Notes: generated by a model not told the origin, from the letters alone. A stretch of 64,000 nt of DNA from an uncultured delta proteobacterium (GCA_963804165.1 CAWDPO010000016.1:114284-178283); one strand, 5' to 3'; positions 32,908 through 44,868 are shown, counted from the stretch's first letter. A program made the numbers and translations.

Positions 32908-34704
32908 ATGAATACTGCACAATCGGCGAATAAACCCCGCGTTGACGCTTTTACTGCCGAGGTGATTCGGAGCGCGTTGGTGGCAATCACGGGGGAGATG
33001 AAGACCAACCTGATGCGCACGGCGTATCACACGATCATCTACGAAGCCGAAGATTTTACCGTCGGACTGTTCGACGCGGACGGTAACACGATCTCCATCG
33101 GCCTCGGCCTGCCGATGTTTATCCGCGGCTTGTCCGATGCGATCAAGGCGAAGATCGCGCACTGGGGCAAAGAAAACATCGAGCCGGGCGACATTCTCTT
33201 GACCAATGACAGTTACACCATGGGCAGCCACTTGAATCATCTGATTTTTACGCTGCCGATTTTTAACGATGGTGAGCTGGTGGCATTTTCTTCGGCGATG
33301 GCGCATTGGCAGGACGTCGGCGGGCAGCTCGGCGGCGTGACCCGCGATATCTTTTCCGAAGGATTGCAGTTGCCGTTCGTGAAAAGCTTCCGTGCCGGAA
33401 TAGAAAATCCCGAGATCACAGCGATCATCAAAGCTAACGTGCGCGTGCCGGAGCGGGCGATGGGCGATATGCGCGCGCAGCTGGCCTCCATCCGCACCGG
33501 CGAGCGGCGGGTGATGCATTTATTAAAGCGCTACGGCAATGCGGCATTCAGAGAGAGCATCCGGCTGGTTTACGAGCAGAGTGAAAAAGTCGCGCGGGCG
33601 GCGGTGGAGAAGATTCCCGACGGTGTTTACGAGGCCGAGTCGTTCATGGACGACGACGGCGTGAATCTGCTCAAACATATTCCAATTAAGGTCCGGGTCG
33701 AAGTCAGCGGCGATAAAATGACGATCGATCTGAGTGACGTCAGCCCGCAGGTGGCGGGATTTTACAACTCCGGCATTACTGCTGGGCGCTCAGCCGCCGA
33801 AGTTGTTTTCAAGTGTGTCACCGCGCCGCTACTATTGCCGATCAACGACGGCTCGTTTCGGCCGCTCAAGATCATTCTGCCGCCGGGGCGCGTGGTGAGC
33901 GCAGTGAAGCCGGCGCCGGTGCGTGTCTGGATGACCGTGCCGATGACCGTGTGCGACACGATTTTTCGCGCGCTGGCGCCGGCCTGTCCGGAGCGTACCA
34001 TCGCCGGACATTATGCCGACCTCTGCACGGTCAACCCGCACGGCTTCGATGCGTCGACCGGCCGGTTTTTCTGGTCGCATATCGGTCACCCCGGCGGCGG
34101 TTGGGGAGCCAAGCACGACGAAGACGGCATGAGCGCGACGGTTTGTTTGAATGACGGCGACACGCACAACTCGCCTGTCGAAGCGACCGAGGCCAAGAGT
34201 CCGATCATCGTCGAGCGCCGCACTTTGCGCCAAGACTCCGGAGGTCCGGGCAAGTTCCGCGGCGGCCTCGGCGTGGCAAACGAGGTGCGCATGCGAAGGA
34301 CGGCGACAATTCACGCTCATGTGGAGCGAACCATCTGCGCGCCGTGGGGGCTGCACGGCGGCAAAGACGCGCTGGCGAATCGGATTTCGATTCAGCGCGC
34401 GAATGGCGAAGTGGAAAAATTTCCGACGGGTAAAATCAAACCGACAGAGATCGATGCGGGGGATTCCTTCTTGATCGAGACGGCAGGGGGCGGTGGCTTC
34501 TGGAACTCTTTCGAGCGCGACCCAGAACGCGTGCTCTCCGACGTGCGCGCAGGGTACGTATCGTTGGAGGCCGCGCGGCGGGATTACGGCGTCGTGATTC
34601 AGCAGCGCGGACGACGGTTTGATGTCGACACGGCAGCGACGGCGGAATTGCGGAGGCAAATGACTAGCAGCGCTGGCGACGGCGAATATCTCACGAAGAA
34701 CTAG
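32908..34704 (+). CDS. Hydantoinase B/oxoprolinase family subunit, copy 1
   Basis: EMKTNLMRTAY, GDILLTND, HWQDVGG, EGLQLP, NVRVP, DSGGPGKFRGG, GGGGF. Confidence 0.95.
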   Translation: MNTAQSANKPRVDAFTAEVIRSALVAITGEMKTNLMRTAYHTIIYEAEDFTVGLFDADGNTISIGLGLPMFIRGLSDAIKAKIAHWGKENIEPGDILLTNDSYTMGSHLNHLIFTLPIFNDGELVAFSSAMAHWQDVGGQLGGVTRDIFSEGLQLPFVKSFRAGIENPEITAIIKANVRVPERAMGDMRAQLASIRTGERRVMHLLKRYGNAAFRESIRLVYEQSEKVARAAVEKIPDGVYEAESFMDDDGVNLLKHIPIKVRVEVSGDKMTIDLSDVSPQVAGFYNSGITAGRSAAEVVFKCVTAPLLLPINDGSFRPLKIILPPGRVVSAVKPAPVRVWMTVPMTVCDTIFRALAPACPERTIAGHYADLCTVNPHGFDASTGRFFWSHIGHPGGGWGAKHDEDGMSATVCLNDGDTHNSPVEATEAKSPIIVERRTLRQDSGGPGKFRGGLGVANEVRMRRTATIHAHVERTICAPWGLHGGKDALANRISIQRANGEVEKFPTGKIKPTEIDAGDSFLIETAGGGGFWNSFERDPERVLSDVRAGYVSLEAARRDYGVVIQQRGRRFDVDTAATAELRRQMTSSAGDGEYLTKN

Positions 34705-34725
34705 CCGTTTCGCCGCGGTGTTTTT

Positions 34726-34781
34726 GTAGGGGCGACCCTATGTGGTCGCCCGAGCGGGTAGGCACGTAGGTCTGCCCCTAT
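34726..34781. repeat. GTAG-type REP doublet
   Basis: GTAG-GGGCGACC-N-GGTCGCCC followed by an inverted unit ending GGTCTGCCCCTA; related copy at 61349-61405. Confidence 0.75.
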
Positions 34782-34820
34782 ATGATTCGTGAAATTCGGA
34801 TTTATGTCTGCGGTTAATTC

Positions 34821-36607
34821 ATGACAGCAATCAGTACCAACGAAATTGGATCCCGCGTTGATGCCTTCACCGCCGAAGTGATTCGCAGCACGGTGGTGGC
34901 GATCACCGATGAGATGAAGACCAATCTCATGCGCACCGCGTACAACATGATCATTTACGAGGCGGAGGATTTCACCGTCGGCCTGTTCGACGCCGACGGC
35001 AACACGATTTCCATCGGCCTCGGCTTGCCGATGTTTATCCGTGGGCTGTCGGACTCGATCAAGGCGAAGCTCGATCACTGGGGTAAAGAAAATATTTACC
35101 CCGGCGACATTCTTCTCACCAACGATCCGCAGGTGATGGGCAGTCACTGAATCACATGATTTTTACTTTGCCGGTTTTTCACGACGGCGAACTGGTAGCG
35201 TTCTCATCTTCCATGGGTCACTGGCAGGACGTGGGCGGCGTGCTCGGCGCGGTGACGCGGGACATTTTCTCGGAAGGCTTGCAGATGCCGTTCGTGAAGA
35301 TATTCAAAGCCGGTAAGCAGGACGCGGAGCTGACGGCGATCATTCGCAGTAACTGCCGGCTGCCGGAATTCGCCATGGGCGATTTCCGCGCGCAGATCGC
35401 CGCGATCCGCACCGGCGAGCGCCGCTTAACGCAATTGCTCCGGCGCTACGGCGCCGAGACGTTCAAAGAGTCCGTGCGGCTGATATTCGATCAGAGCGAG
35501 AAGTTGGCGCGCGCCGCGGTAGAAAAAATTCCCGACGGCGTTTACGAAGCCGAATCGTTCATGGACGACGACGGCGTCAACCTGGGCAAGCATGTGCCGA
35601 TCAAAGTTCGCGTCGAAGTGCGGGGCGACGAGATGACCGTCGACTTGAGCGGCGTGAGTCCGCAAGTGGCGGGGCCGTATAATTCGGGCTCGACGGCTGG
35701 CCGTTCGGCTTCTGAAGTTGCTTTCAAGTTTCTCACAACGCCGTTACTGCTGCCGATCAACCACGGATCTTTCCGGCCGCTCAAAGTCGTATTGCCGCCG
35801 GGGCGGATTGTAAGCGCCACCAAACCGGCGCCGGTGCGCACCTGGATGACTGTGCCGATGACGGTTGCGGATACGATCTTCAAAGCGCTCGCGCCGGCTT
35901 GTCCCGACAACGTGATGGCGGGGCAACACGCAGACCTTGCCGCGCCGCGCACTTTCGGTCTCGATCCCAAAACGGGTCGCGCCTTTCATTTCCCGGCGAC
36001 ACTTTCGGGCGGCGGTTGGGGAGCGCTGCACGATAGCGACGGACAGAACGCGACGTTTTGCATCAATGACGGCGACACGCATAACACGCCCGTGGAAGCG
36101 GGCGAAGGGAAAGGGCCGATATTCATCTCATATCGAAAACTGCGCCAGGACTCCGGCGGCCCGGGTAAGTTTCGCGGCGGTCTCGGCGTGGCGCAGGAGG
36201 TGCGGATGCTTTCGCCCGGCAGCGTTTTGTCCGCGATGGAGCGAACGCTTTGCCCGCCCTGGGGGTTGCACGGCGGTAAAGACGCGCTGGCCAATCGTTT
36301 CAGCATTGTCCGCAAGGACGGTTCCGTGCAAAAACTACCGACGGGAAAAACCGCGGGTCACGTTTCGCTGGAAGCTGGTGATGGATTCTTAGTGGAAGTG
36401 GGCGGCGGCGGCGGATTTTGGAATCCCTTGGAGCGCGATCCCGAGCGCGTACTCGCCGACGTGCGCTCCGGCTATGTTTCGCTCGAAGCGGCGCGGCGCG
36501 ATTATGGCGTGGTGATTCGGCAAAATGGACGCAAGTTCGAAATCGACGTTGAAGCGACTCGGGAGTTGAGGCGAGCATGTAACCAAGCAGCGCGTCATTC
36601 CTCCTGA
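34821..36607 (+). CDS. Hydantoinase B/oxoprolinase family subunit, copy 2, with a 1-bp deletion near 35148
   Basis: Close paralog of copy 1; CAC TTG AAT in copy 1 appears here as CACTGAAT. Confidence 0.92.
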
Positions 36608-36638
36608 AGGTTGTGGCGCGGTGAGAAAATTCCTCTAG

Positions 36639-36723
36639 ATGTCATGCTGAGCATGAGCGAAGCATCTCGCCTTTTAGTCAAGCACGAAGACGAGATCCTT
36701 CGCCTATCGGCTCAGGATGACAT
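36639..36723. repeat. Palindromic intergenic repeat (GTCATnCTGA...TCAGGATGAC class)
   Basis: ATGTCATGCTGAGC..GCGAAGCATCTCG...CGAGATCCTTCGC..GCTCAGGATGACAT; second copy at 61203-61286. Confidence 0.8.
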
Positions 36724-36830
36724 CAGGATGCAATCGCTGTCGGGGCGAGGAAATCTTTTGATCAGCGTCGGTAGTATCACCGCGGCCGCCAACGGGCGAT
36801 TGTCGAATTCAATAAGCGGGAGGCGGATCG

Positions 36831-37829
36831 ATGTTGAAGAAAAATAAACGGCTGACGTTCTGCTCGGTTGCAATTTTTGGGGCAGCATTTCTTCTGTATG
36901 TTTCTACATCTCCCGGATTCGGCCAAGAAGCTAAAACCAAGATCCGTATATCTTACCCCAACATCTCCATCTGTTGCCTGGCCTTGTTCGCCGCGCAGCA
37001 GTGGAAGATCTTCGAGCAGAACGGCCTCGATGTTGAAAGCATTCAAATGCGCTCGCAAGCGGCAAATTCGGCTTTGGCCAGCGGCGATATACACTATGTC
37101 GCGGGAGTCGGTCCGAACTCAGTTGCGGCAACGCTCCGGGGATTGCCTTCCAAAGCCGTCTGGTTCGCCTCAGAGTCGCTGATCTACACGGTTCTCGCTC
37201 GGCCCGAGTTCAAGTCGCTAAAAGAATTGCGCGGCAAGCGGCTCGGTCTTACCGGGCTCGGTGGCACGTCGGATGTGGCGCTGCGCATTGCGCTGGAGGC
37301 GGTCGGAGAAAATCCGAAAGACTTCATCATTATCGCTCTGGGCGCGCCGCAGCTGATGAGCGGTTTGGAGAACGGCACCATCGAAGCCGCGCAGCTCAAT
37401 TCGCCGTTGAATTATCATGCCAAGAAAAAAGGGTTTCGTCCGCTACTCGAAATCGGCGATTACGTTCAGATGCCGCTCGGCGGACTCACGGCTTCGACCG
37501 CTTCGATCCAGAACCGTACGAGCGAGCTCAAGCGCGTGATCCGTTCTTTGCAAAGCGCCAAGCGAACGCTGCTTCAGTCGAAAGAGAAGGCGATCGATTT
37601 GATCATGCGCACGATTAAAGTCGACCGCGAAGTGGCGGAAGAAATGTTCGCGGATAATCGCCGCAGCGCCGCCGGCAACGGCGTGCCGAGCCGCGAGGGC
37701 ATGGAGCAGATCGTCAAGTCGTTGCAGATGCTCGGCCAGTTCGCGGGCAAAAAAATCGCCTTCGAGGAAATCACCGATACGCGTATGGCGAGAGAAGTCG
37801 CAAAGGAACTGGGTTACAAAGTGGATTAG
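36831..37829 (+). CDS. ABC substrate-binding protein, NMT1/SsuA/TauA-like
   Basis: Signal peptide, KIRISYP, FEQNGLDVE, LASGDIHY, LRGKRLGLTGLGG. Confidence 0.88.
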   Translation: MLKKNKRLTFCSVAIFGAAFLLYVSTSPGFGQEAKTKIRISYPNISICCLALFAAQQWKIFEQNGLDVESIQMRSQAANSALASGDIHYVAGVGPNSVAATLRGLPSKAVWFASESLIYTVLARPEFKSLKELRGKRLGLTGLGGTSDVALRIALEAVGENPKDFIIIALGAPQLMSGLENGTIEAAQLNSPLNYHAKKKGFRPLLEIGDYVQMPLGGLTASTASIQNRTSELKRVIRSLQSAKRTLLQSKEKAIDLIMRTIKVDREVAEEMFADNRRSAAGNGVPSREGMEQIVKSLQMLGQFAGKKIAFEEITDTRMAREVAKELGYKVD

Positions 37830-37869
37830 AATCCAGAGGTTTCAGGTGTCGGGTGTCGGGTTTTGGTCT

Positions 37870-38848
37870 GTGAGCACGACTGTACGAACTAGACTTATTC
37901 TACTGTGCGGATTGATCTGTGCGCTATGCGACAGCGGCACTTCATTTGCTCAAGACAAAGTCAGAATCTCTTATCGTGGGTCCCTCCCTCAGTAATTTAC
38001 CCCTGCTCGCCGCCAAAGAACTAGGAATATTTTCTCGCAACAGATTGGATGTCGAAATCCTGCTGCTGACGTCACAGCTCTCGGCCGTGGCGTTGGGCGC
38101 CGGCGAGCTTGAATACGTCGCCGGCGTCGGCCCCGGATCAGTCGGCGGGACTCTCGCGGGCATCCCTTCCCGCGCCGTATGGGTCGTCTCCAATCGCATT
38201 CTGCACTCGGTCGTGGCGCAACCGGAATTGAAGACTCTGCAAGACCTGCGCGGAAAGAAGATCGGCGTCACCGGATTGGGCGGGACGACGCATACCTCGT
38301 TGACGATGGCGATCGAAAAGTTCGGTGGCAATCCACGGGAATATATCGTCGTGTCGCTCGGGCCGCAGCAATATTTGCGGGCTCTGGAGTCGAAAGCCGT
38401 CGACGCTGCAACAGTCGATCCGCCGTTGCTGTTTCTTGTGCTGAAAAAAGGCTTCAGCCGTATCCTCGATCTGGGCTCGGTCGTCGAGATGCCGGTGGGC
38501 GGATTGACCACATTGGTCAAGACATTGAACGCGAAGCCCGAACAAGTGGTTAGAATCATCAAGTCACTGCAAGAGGCGAAAGACTTGCTGCTGAGCTCCA
38601 AAGAACGCGCCGTCGACTTCACAATGAAAGTCATGAAGATGGACCGGGAAATCGCGCTCAGGAGCTTTGAGCTCATGGCCGGTGCGTGGGTCGGAACCGG
38701 CGTGCCGACGCGCGCGGGCATGGAAAATATTATTCGCGGGGTTCAGTCGCAGGGTCGCTTCGCTGACAAAAAAGCGGCGTTCGAAGACGTCGCCGATAGC
38801 AGATTTGCAATTCAGGCAGCGCGGGAATTGGGTCACAAAGCTGGATAG
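37870..38848 (+). CDS. ABC substrate-binding protein, NMT1/SsuA-like; frameshift near 37976
   Basis: GTG start gives signal peptide ..LILLCGLICALCDSGTSFAQDKVRISY, then shifts into VGPSLSNLPLLAAKELGIF, LRGKKIGVTGLGG. Confidence 0.82.
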
Positions 38849-38882
38849 CGTAGTGTTACGAAGAAGCGCTAAATGATGCAAA

Positions 38883-38983
38883 CGTCATTCCGGCCAACCC
38901 GGGATCACAGTCCGGGGTAGCGCGAGCCGAAATCCAGAAATTTCAAACAAGTCTAGATACCCGATTTCGCGGGCATAACGACG
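38883..38983. repeat. CGTC-type palindromic repeat (GTCATTCC...ATCCAG...GATACCCG..TTTCGCGG class)
   Basis: Similar copy at 59967-60063. Confidence 0.75.
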
Positions 38984-39065
38984 AAGAACCGAAAGAATTC
39001 TGAACCAACTCATTTATGAAATCGTGATTTGGATGTTTATTCGGCATGTCGATAAAAGGTGCGCC

Positions 39066-39905
39066 ATGAAGCAGCTGACAACTAACATCCTCATTGAAAC
39101 CGGGTTGAAGGGCGCCAATCACGGGGTCGTTACGACTTCGGATGGGCTGGTAGTGATCGATACGCCGCACAAGCCGAGCGACGCTATACGGTTAAGGGGA
39201 GAAATCGAGCGGCTCGGTCGGCTCCGCTATATCATCAACACCGAGCCGCACGGCGATCATTGGACCGGCAATGCTTTCTTCGACGTACCGGTGGTCGCTC
39301 ACGAAGGCGTGCGCTCGCGCATCCTTGGCACGGACTTGGCCGCGCATGTTGCTCGGGTGGCGTCGTTCGGACCGGAAGAACCAAAACTATTGGAAAACTA
39401 TAAAGCCAACGCGCCGGTGATCACGTTTCAAAGCGAGATGACCTTGCACGTGGGTAATCACACGTTCCGCATGGTGCACATGCCCGGTCACACGCCTTAC
39501 CAAGCAGCGGTGATCGTCGAAGAGGAGGGCGTCGTCTTCACCAGCGACAATATTTTCTGCAAGGTGCAGACCTGGCTCCAAGAAGCCAATCCGGATCATT
39601 GGCTGCAAAGCGCTAGAATCGCTGCGCGCGCTGCGCGAGGAAACGTTCGTCCCCGGCCACGGGCCGGTATGCGATAAGCGCTACTGGACGAGCAAGGCTC
39701 GTTCATCAGCGAGTGGGTGGAGTACGTGCGCGGCGGGATTGGGCGCGGCATGAACAAAGAGGAGTGCGTGGCCAAGCTCACGGCATTCACGGATCGATAT
39801 CCCATGGACGTCGGCCAGGACGGCATGTCCCCTCGCGTGATGCAGATGAACATCGCCAATCTCTTCGATTACCTGACCGGCGCCGGCATCCACAAACAAC
39901 CTTAG
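39066..39905 (+). CDS. Metallo-beta-lactamase-fold hydrolase, frameshift near 39616
   Basis: VVIDTP, INTEPHGDHWTGN, MPGHT, FTSD, and VPGHG in the shifted frame. Confidence 0.88.
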
Positions 39906-39916
39906 ACTAGGCTAGA

Positions 39917-40111
39917 CTAGTGTCTTGTCACAGAAGTTTCCCGCATCAATATGTCCGAAAATCTCCCCTTCCCCTCTTTGGCAAAGAGGGGTGATAGCTA
40001 GCGAGAAATCCCCCTTTGAACCAGGAGGTACAAAGGGGGATTTTGAGTTCGACTTCAGGCTGATGCCAATCGTATTGGACTTATTTAAACGAACTTTAGA
40101 CGCCACACTAG
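39917..40111. mobile_element. MITE-like element with CTAG ends and internal CCCCTCTTT/AAAGAGGGG palindromes
   Basis: CTAGTGTCTTGTC ... GACGCCACACTAG imperfect terminal inverted repeats; inverted partial copy at 59830-59945; no transposase. Confidence 0.55.
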
Positions 40112-40319
40112 GGATCTTCGCCTCCCGGACTGTTCTGAGTTCCAATATTCGGTCTATTGTGAGAAGGTAGCTCAGACGTTTTCACACGCTCGCCGAAATC
40201 CCCCTCGATCCTCATTTTCCCAAGGGGCACAGCAAGACCATTCAGCGATTTTGGTAGCATGGTATCACCCGTCTTCGAAAGAAGAGGGGCAGGCGAGAAT
40301 GCGGCGCGGTGAATCAATC

Positions 40320-40338
40320 TTGATACACCCCGTATCAA
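40320..40338. promoter_or_regulatory. Perfect dyad, candidate enhancer for the array promoter
   Basis: TTGATAC-ACCCC-GTATCAA about 105-125 bp upstream of the -24 element; degenerate similar site near 40251-40268. Confidence 0.6.
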
Positions 40339-40442
40339 AACGGCTACACATGCCTCATGCTTTGGTTCCGGCGCTCGACCGGTGACGGCGAAAATTGCTC
40401 GTGAATTCCAATCTCTAGGTTGAGCTGCGGAGAAAAGGACTG

Positions 40443-40458
40443 TGGCACTGTTCCTGCT
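40443..40458 (+). promoter_or_regulatory. Sigma54 promoter at the head of the binding-protein array
   Basis: TGGCAC-TGTTC-CTGCT with exact GG-N10-GC spacing; GGAGG RBS and ATG follow within 45 bp. Confidence 0.75.
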
Positions 40459-40502
40459 CCTCAATCGACGCGGCTCAGTGCAGGTTTTCAATCGGAGGAA
40501 AC

Positions 40503-41489
40503 ATGTTTAAAGAATTCGCCGCAGTCGTCGTTATCACGGGGATTTTGACTGCGGTGAATCTCGCTCAGGCGCAGCAGCCAACGAAAATCCCCCGGATAGG
40601 ATACCTAGATGGCTGTCTCCCTTTCCGTTAACTCGGCCCGCATCGAGGCATTCCGGCAGGGTCTGCGCGAGCTTGGGTACGTGGAGGGGAAAAACATTGT
40701 CATTGAGTGGCGATCTGCAGAGGGAAAACTCGATCGCCTCCCCGCGCTCGCGGCCGAGCTAGTGCGTCTCAAGGTAGACGTCATCGTCACGGGTGGTCCG
40801 ACAGCAACCCGTGCCGCCAAGGAAGCAACTGTCTACGATTCCCATTGTCATGGCGCAGGATACCGATCCTGTTGGCAACGGGTTCGTCGCCAGCCTTGCG
40901 CGACCTGGCGGGAACATCACTGGATTGTCCACCCTTGCCCCGGAGCTAAGCGGAAAACAACTGGAGCTTCTGAAGGAGATCGTTCCTAAGCTCTCCCGCG
41001 TGGCCGTCTTCGGGACTTCGACCATCCCGGGCAACGCGCAATCGTTAAGAGAGATGGAACTCGCCGCAGGGGCGTTCAAGGTGCAGCTTCAATACCTAGA
41101 CGTACTAGATCCCAAGGATATTGAGACCGCATTCCGAGCCGCAAGCAAGGGGCGTGCTGACGCAGTCCTCGTGCTGGCGGGCCCCGTCTTCGATTCTCAG
41201 TCGAACACAGATTGTCGAACTCGCGGTAAAGAGCCGGCTCCCGGCGATATACAGCAGGTCAGAATATGTGGAAGACGGGGGCTTATGACCTACGGCGTGA
41301 GCTTGACCGACTTGTACCGGCGCGCCGCTACGTATGTGGACAAGATTCTGAAAGGCGCTAAGCCCGCCGATCTTCCGGTGGAGCAGCCGACAGAAGTTCG
41401 AGTTCATCATCAATCTGAAAGCGGCGAAGCAGATCGGCCTGACGATTCCGCCGAATGTGCTGGCGCGGGCGGACAAAGTGATCAAGTGA
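40503..41489 (+). CDS. ABC_sub_bind-type substrate-binding protein, array copy a (frameshifted)
   Basis: [35 protein letters not shown]; [63 protein letters not shown]. Confidence 0.88.
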
Positions 41490-41564
41490 CATGAGGATGC
41501 AGAGATGTCAGAGTATCGGAGTGATGGAAACGGATCAACGCATGAATGCAAAGCATTGCATCGA

Positions 41565-42580
41565 ATGAAAAAATCCTTTGCTTTCCGCGTCGATACTCAG
41601 CATCCAATGCAAACTGGCTGGCCATTGCTCTGTTGCGCTTTGCGTGTTCCTGCCGAGGCGCAGCAGCCAGGGAAAATCTTCCGCATAGGTTTCCTGGATC
41701 CAAGCACTGCTTCCGGTAGCGCGGTCCTCGTGGAGGCGTTCCGGCAAGAGCTGAGCAAGCTTGGCTGGATCGAGGGAAAGAATATCACCATCGAGTACCG
41801 GTTTGCCGAGCAAAAGCATGAGCGCCTGCCTGAGCTTGCGGCGGAGTTGGTTCGTCTAAAGGTTGATCTGATTGTGGTCGCAGGGACGCCACGGCGTTGG
41901 CGGCCAAGAAAGCAACTACTACCATCCCCATCGTGATGGCGAACGTTGGGGACCCAGTAGGCTGCAGGTTTGGTTGCCAGTCTGGCGCGGCCGGGAGGCA
42001 ATGTCACCGGGCTCTCGAGTTTAGGACCGAGCTAAATACCAAAAGGCTAGAGATACTCAAGGACGCGGTCCCCAAGCTCGCCCGAGTTGGACTTCTGCGG
42101 CCGCCGGGAGCCAGCATAGGACAAGACCTCCAACTGAAAGAGCTCAGGCCTGCGGCTCTGGCATTGAAGCTAAAATTGGAGGAGATCGAGACTCAACTCG
42201 ACGCCAAAGGTTTAGAGAGCGCCTTTCAAACCGCAAAGCAGAAGCAGGTCGACGCGATTATGACGACCGCCACTCGCCCCTTTTTCGCCGAAAGAAAGCG
42301 GATCGTCGAGCTTGCCGGCAAATACCGGTTGCCGGCTATTTACTCCCAGAAGGAGTATGTCGATGAGGGCGGTCTCATGTCCTATGGGGCGGACTACGAT
42401 GACCTCTATCGGCGCGCGGCTGTTTACGTGGACAAGATCTTGAAAGGTGCCAAACCGGCTGATTTGCCGGTGCAGCAGGCAACGAAGTTTGAATTCATCA
42501 TCAACCTCAAGGCGGCAAAACAGATCGGTCTGACAATTCCAGTCCGCGTGCTCGAGCGGGCGAATCAAGTGATCAAGTGA
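41565..42580 (+). CDS. ABC_sub_bind-type substrate-binding protein, copy b (frameshifted; start uncertain)
   Basis: AEAQQPGKIFRIGFLD ... GGLMSYGADY ... [20 protein letters not shown]. Confidence 0.88.
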
Positions 42581-42628
42581 TTCGTTAGAGTTTCGATTGC
42601 CGATTTTCGATTAGGGATCAAGCTGAGA

Positions 42629-43655
42629 TTGCCAAGGACACGATCGGTACTGAAATCGAAATCGAAAATCCAAAATCGAAAATGGTTGGCTCTTGCGCTA
42701 TCGTTCTATGTCGTCTTGCGCGCTGTCGCCGAGGCGCAGCAGCCAACGAAAGTCCCGCGGATAGGATACCTAACTGCTGTCTCACCTTCCACTGGCTCGG
42801 ACCGCATCGAGGCATTTCGGCAAGGTCTGCGTGAGCTTGGATACGTCGAGGGGAAAAACATTGTCATTGAGTATCGATATGCGGAGGGAAAACTCGATCG
42901 CCTCCCCGCGCTTGCGGCCGAGCTAGTCCGTCTCAAGGTAGATGTGATCGTCACCTCCGGTCCACTACCGACTCGTGCCACCAAGGAAGCAACCACGACG
43001 ATTCCCATCGTCATGGCGCAGGATGCCGATCCTGTTGGCAACGGGTTCGTCGCCAGCCTTGCGCGACCTGGGGGAAACATTACAGGATTGTCAGCTCATG
43101 CGCCCGGAGCTGAGCGGAAAACGACTGGAGCTTTTGAAAGAGACCATTCCTAAGCTCTCCCGCGTGGCCGTCTTCGGGACTTCGACCCAGCCGGGCAACG
43201 CACAATAGTTAAAAGAAACGGAACTCGCGGCAGGGGCGTTCAGAGTGAAGCTTCAATACCTAGACATACTGGTTCCAAAGGATATTGAGAGCGCATTCCG
43301 AGCCGCAGGCAAGGGGCGTGCTGACGCAGTCCTTATGATGGTCCAAGCAGCGTCGCCGGTTCTCACCGAAAACGAGATTGTAGAACTTGCGGTAAAGAGT
43401 CGACTCCGGCGACATATCACGCAGAGCCAGTATGTGGAAGCCGGCGGGCTTATGAGTTACGGCGTGAGCATCACCGACTTGAACCGCCGCGCCGCTACAT
43501 ATGTGGACAAGATTCTCAAAGGCGCCAAAGCCCGCCGACTTCCCGTCGAGCAGCCGACGAAGTTCGAGTTCATCATCAATCTCAAGGCGGCGAAGCAGAT
43601 CGGACTAACGATTCCGCCGAATGTGCTGGCGAGAGCGGATAGAGTGATCAGATGA
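42629..43655 (+). CDS. ABC_sub_bind-type substrate-binding protein, copy c (frameshift plus in-frame TAG at 43206; possible pseudogene)
   Basis: [15 protein letters not shown] ... [13 protein letters not shown]. Confidence 0.82.
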
Positions 43656-43786
43656 ACGACCAATAACAGTGCAGCGGCGAGTCAAAATTAAAATTGTGGG
43701 CATTTTCGATCAGATGTTCGTACGGCGCGAGATGATCGAGTTGATCCGAGCATGCGTGAGTCAGCTTCGTTTCCTAAGGACAGACG

Positions 43787-44821
43787 ATGCTGAAGAAAAT
43801 GGTCCGACGTTCAATGCTCAAAAGATCGAAAAATAGATTCGCCATTGTTACTCTTTTCGTCATGCTCTCGTGCACTCTTGCTGGGTTCCGGCCGAGGCGC
43901 AGCAGCCGAAGAAAGTCCCTCGGATAGGGTATCTATCGCCGTTCTGACCCAGCTACGTGAGTCCACCGTAGCCGAGGCAATTCGGCTGGCTCTGCGCGAG
44001 CTTGGCTACATAGAAGGACAGAACATCGCCATCGAGTACCGATATGCGGAGGGAAAGTCGATCGGTTCCCTGAGCTTGCGGCCGAGTTGGTGCGTCTCAA
44101 GGTTGATATCATCGTGGTACAGGAGGGGAACGATCCGGGCGGCCAAGAATGCGACCAAGACGATTCCCATCGTTATGACGGGCACTGGACTCGATCCTGT
44201 CGAGGCAGGCCTAATTGAAAGCCTTGCCCGTCCCGGCGGCAACGTCACCGGCATTACAAACCTTAGCAGGGAACTAGGCGGTAAGCGGCTGGAGCTGCTC
44301 AAAGAAGCCGTTCCCAAAATTGCCCGTGTCGCGGTTCTCTACGATCCGGCCAATCCGCCCAGTGTAATCGAGGTGAAAGAGGTTCTCCCAGTCGCGGCGC
44401 GTGCGCTGGGGTTGACTGTTCGGTCTTGGGAGGTACGAGCTGCGGACGATTTCGATAGGGTATTCGCTGCGATGAATAAGGAGCGCCCGGATGGACTCTA
44501 CGTGCTCGGGGGCGCGCTAATGAATGCTAACCGAAAACGGATCGCGGGCTTTGCGTTAAAGAGCCGGTTACCGTCGATGTATCACCGACAGAGAAGCTGT
44601 AGAGGCCGGCGGGCTCATGTACTACGGGGCGGACCTCGCGGACAGCTACCGGCGCGTCGCATATTACGTGGACAAGAATCCTGAAGGGAGCCAAGCCTGC
44701 CGATCTTCCCGTGGAGCAGCCGACGAAGTTCGAACTCGTCATCAATTTGAAGACAGCGAAGCAGATCGGCCTGACGATTCCGCCGAACGTGCTGGCGCGG
44801 GCGGACAAGGTCATCAAATGA
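43787..44821 (+). CDS. ABC_sub_bind-type substrate-binding protein, copy d (frameshifted)
   Basis: [49 protein letters not shown]. Confidence 0.85.
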
Positions 44822-44868
44822 CATTTTGGATTTGTCGATTTTAGATTTTGGATTGAGGCAGAAAAGCA

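Noticed and set aside
35148-35150. TGA in hydantoinase B copy 2 close to the sel genes, as a possible Sec codon
   Set aside because: The downstream sequence continues in another frame and copy 1 has CAC TTG AAT here, so it is a 1-bp deletion at a Leu codon.
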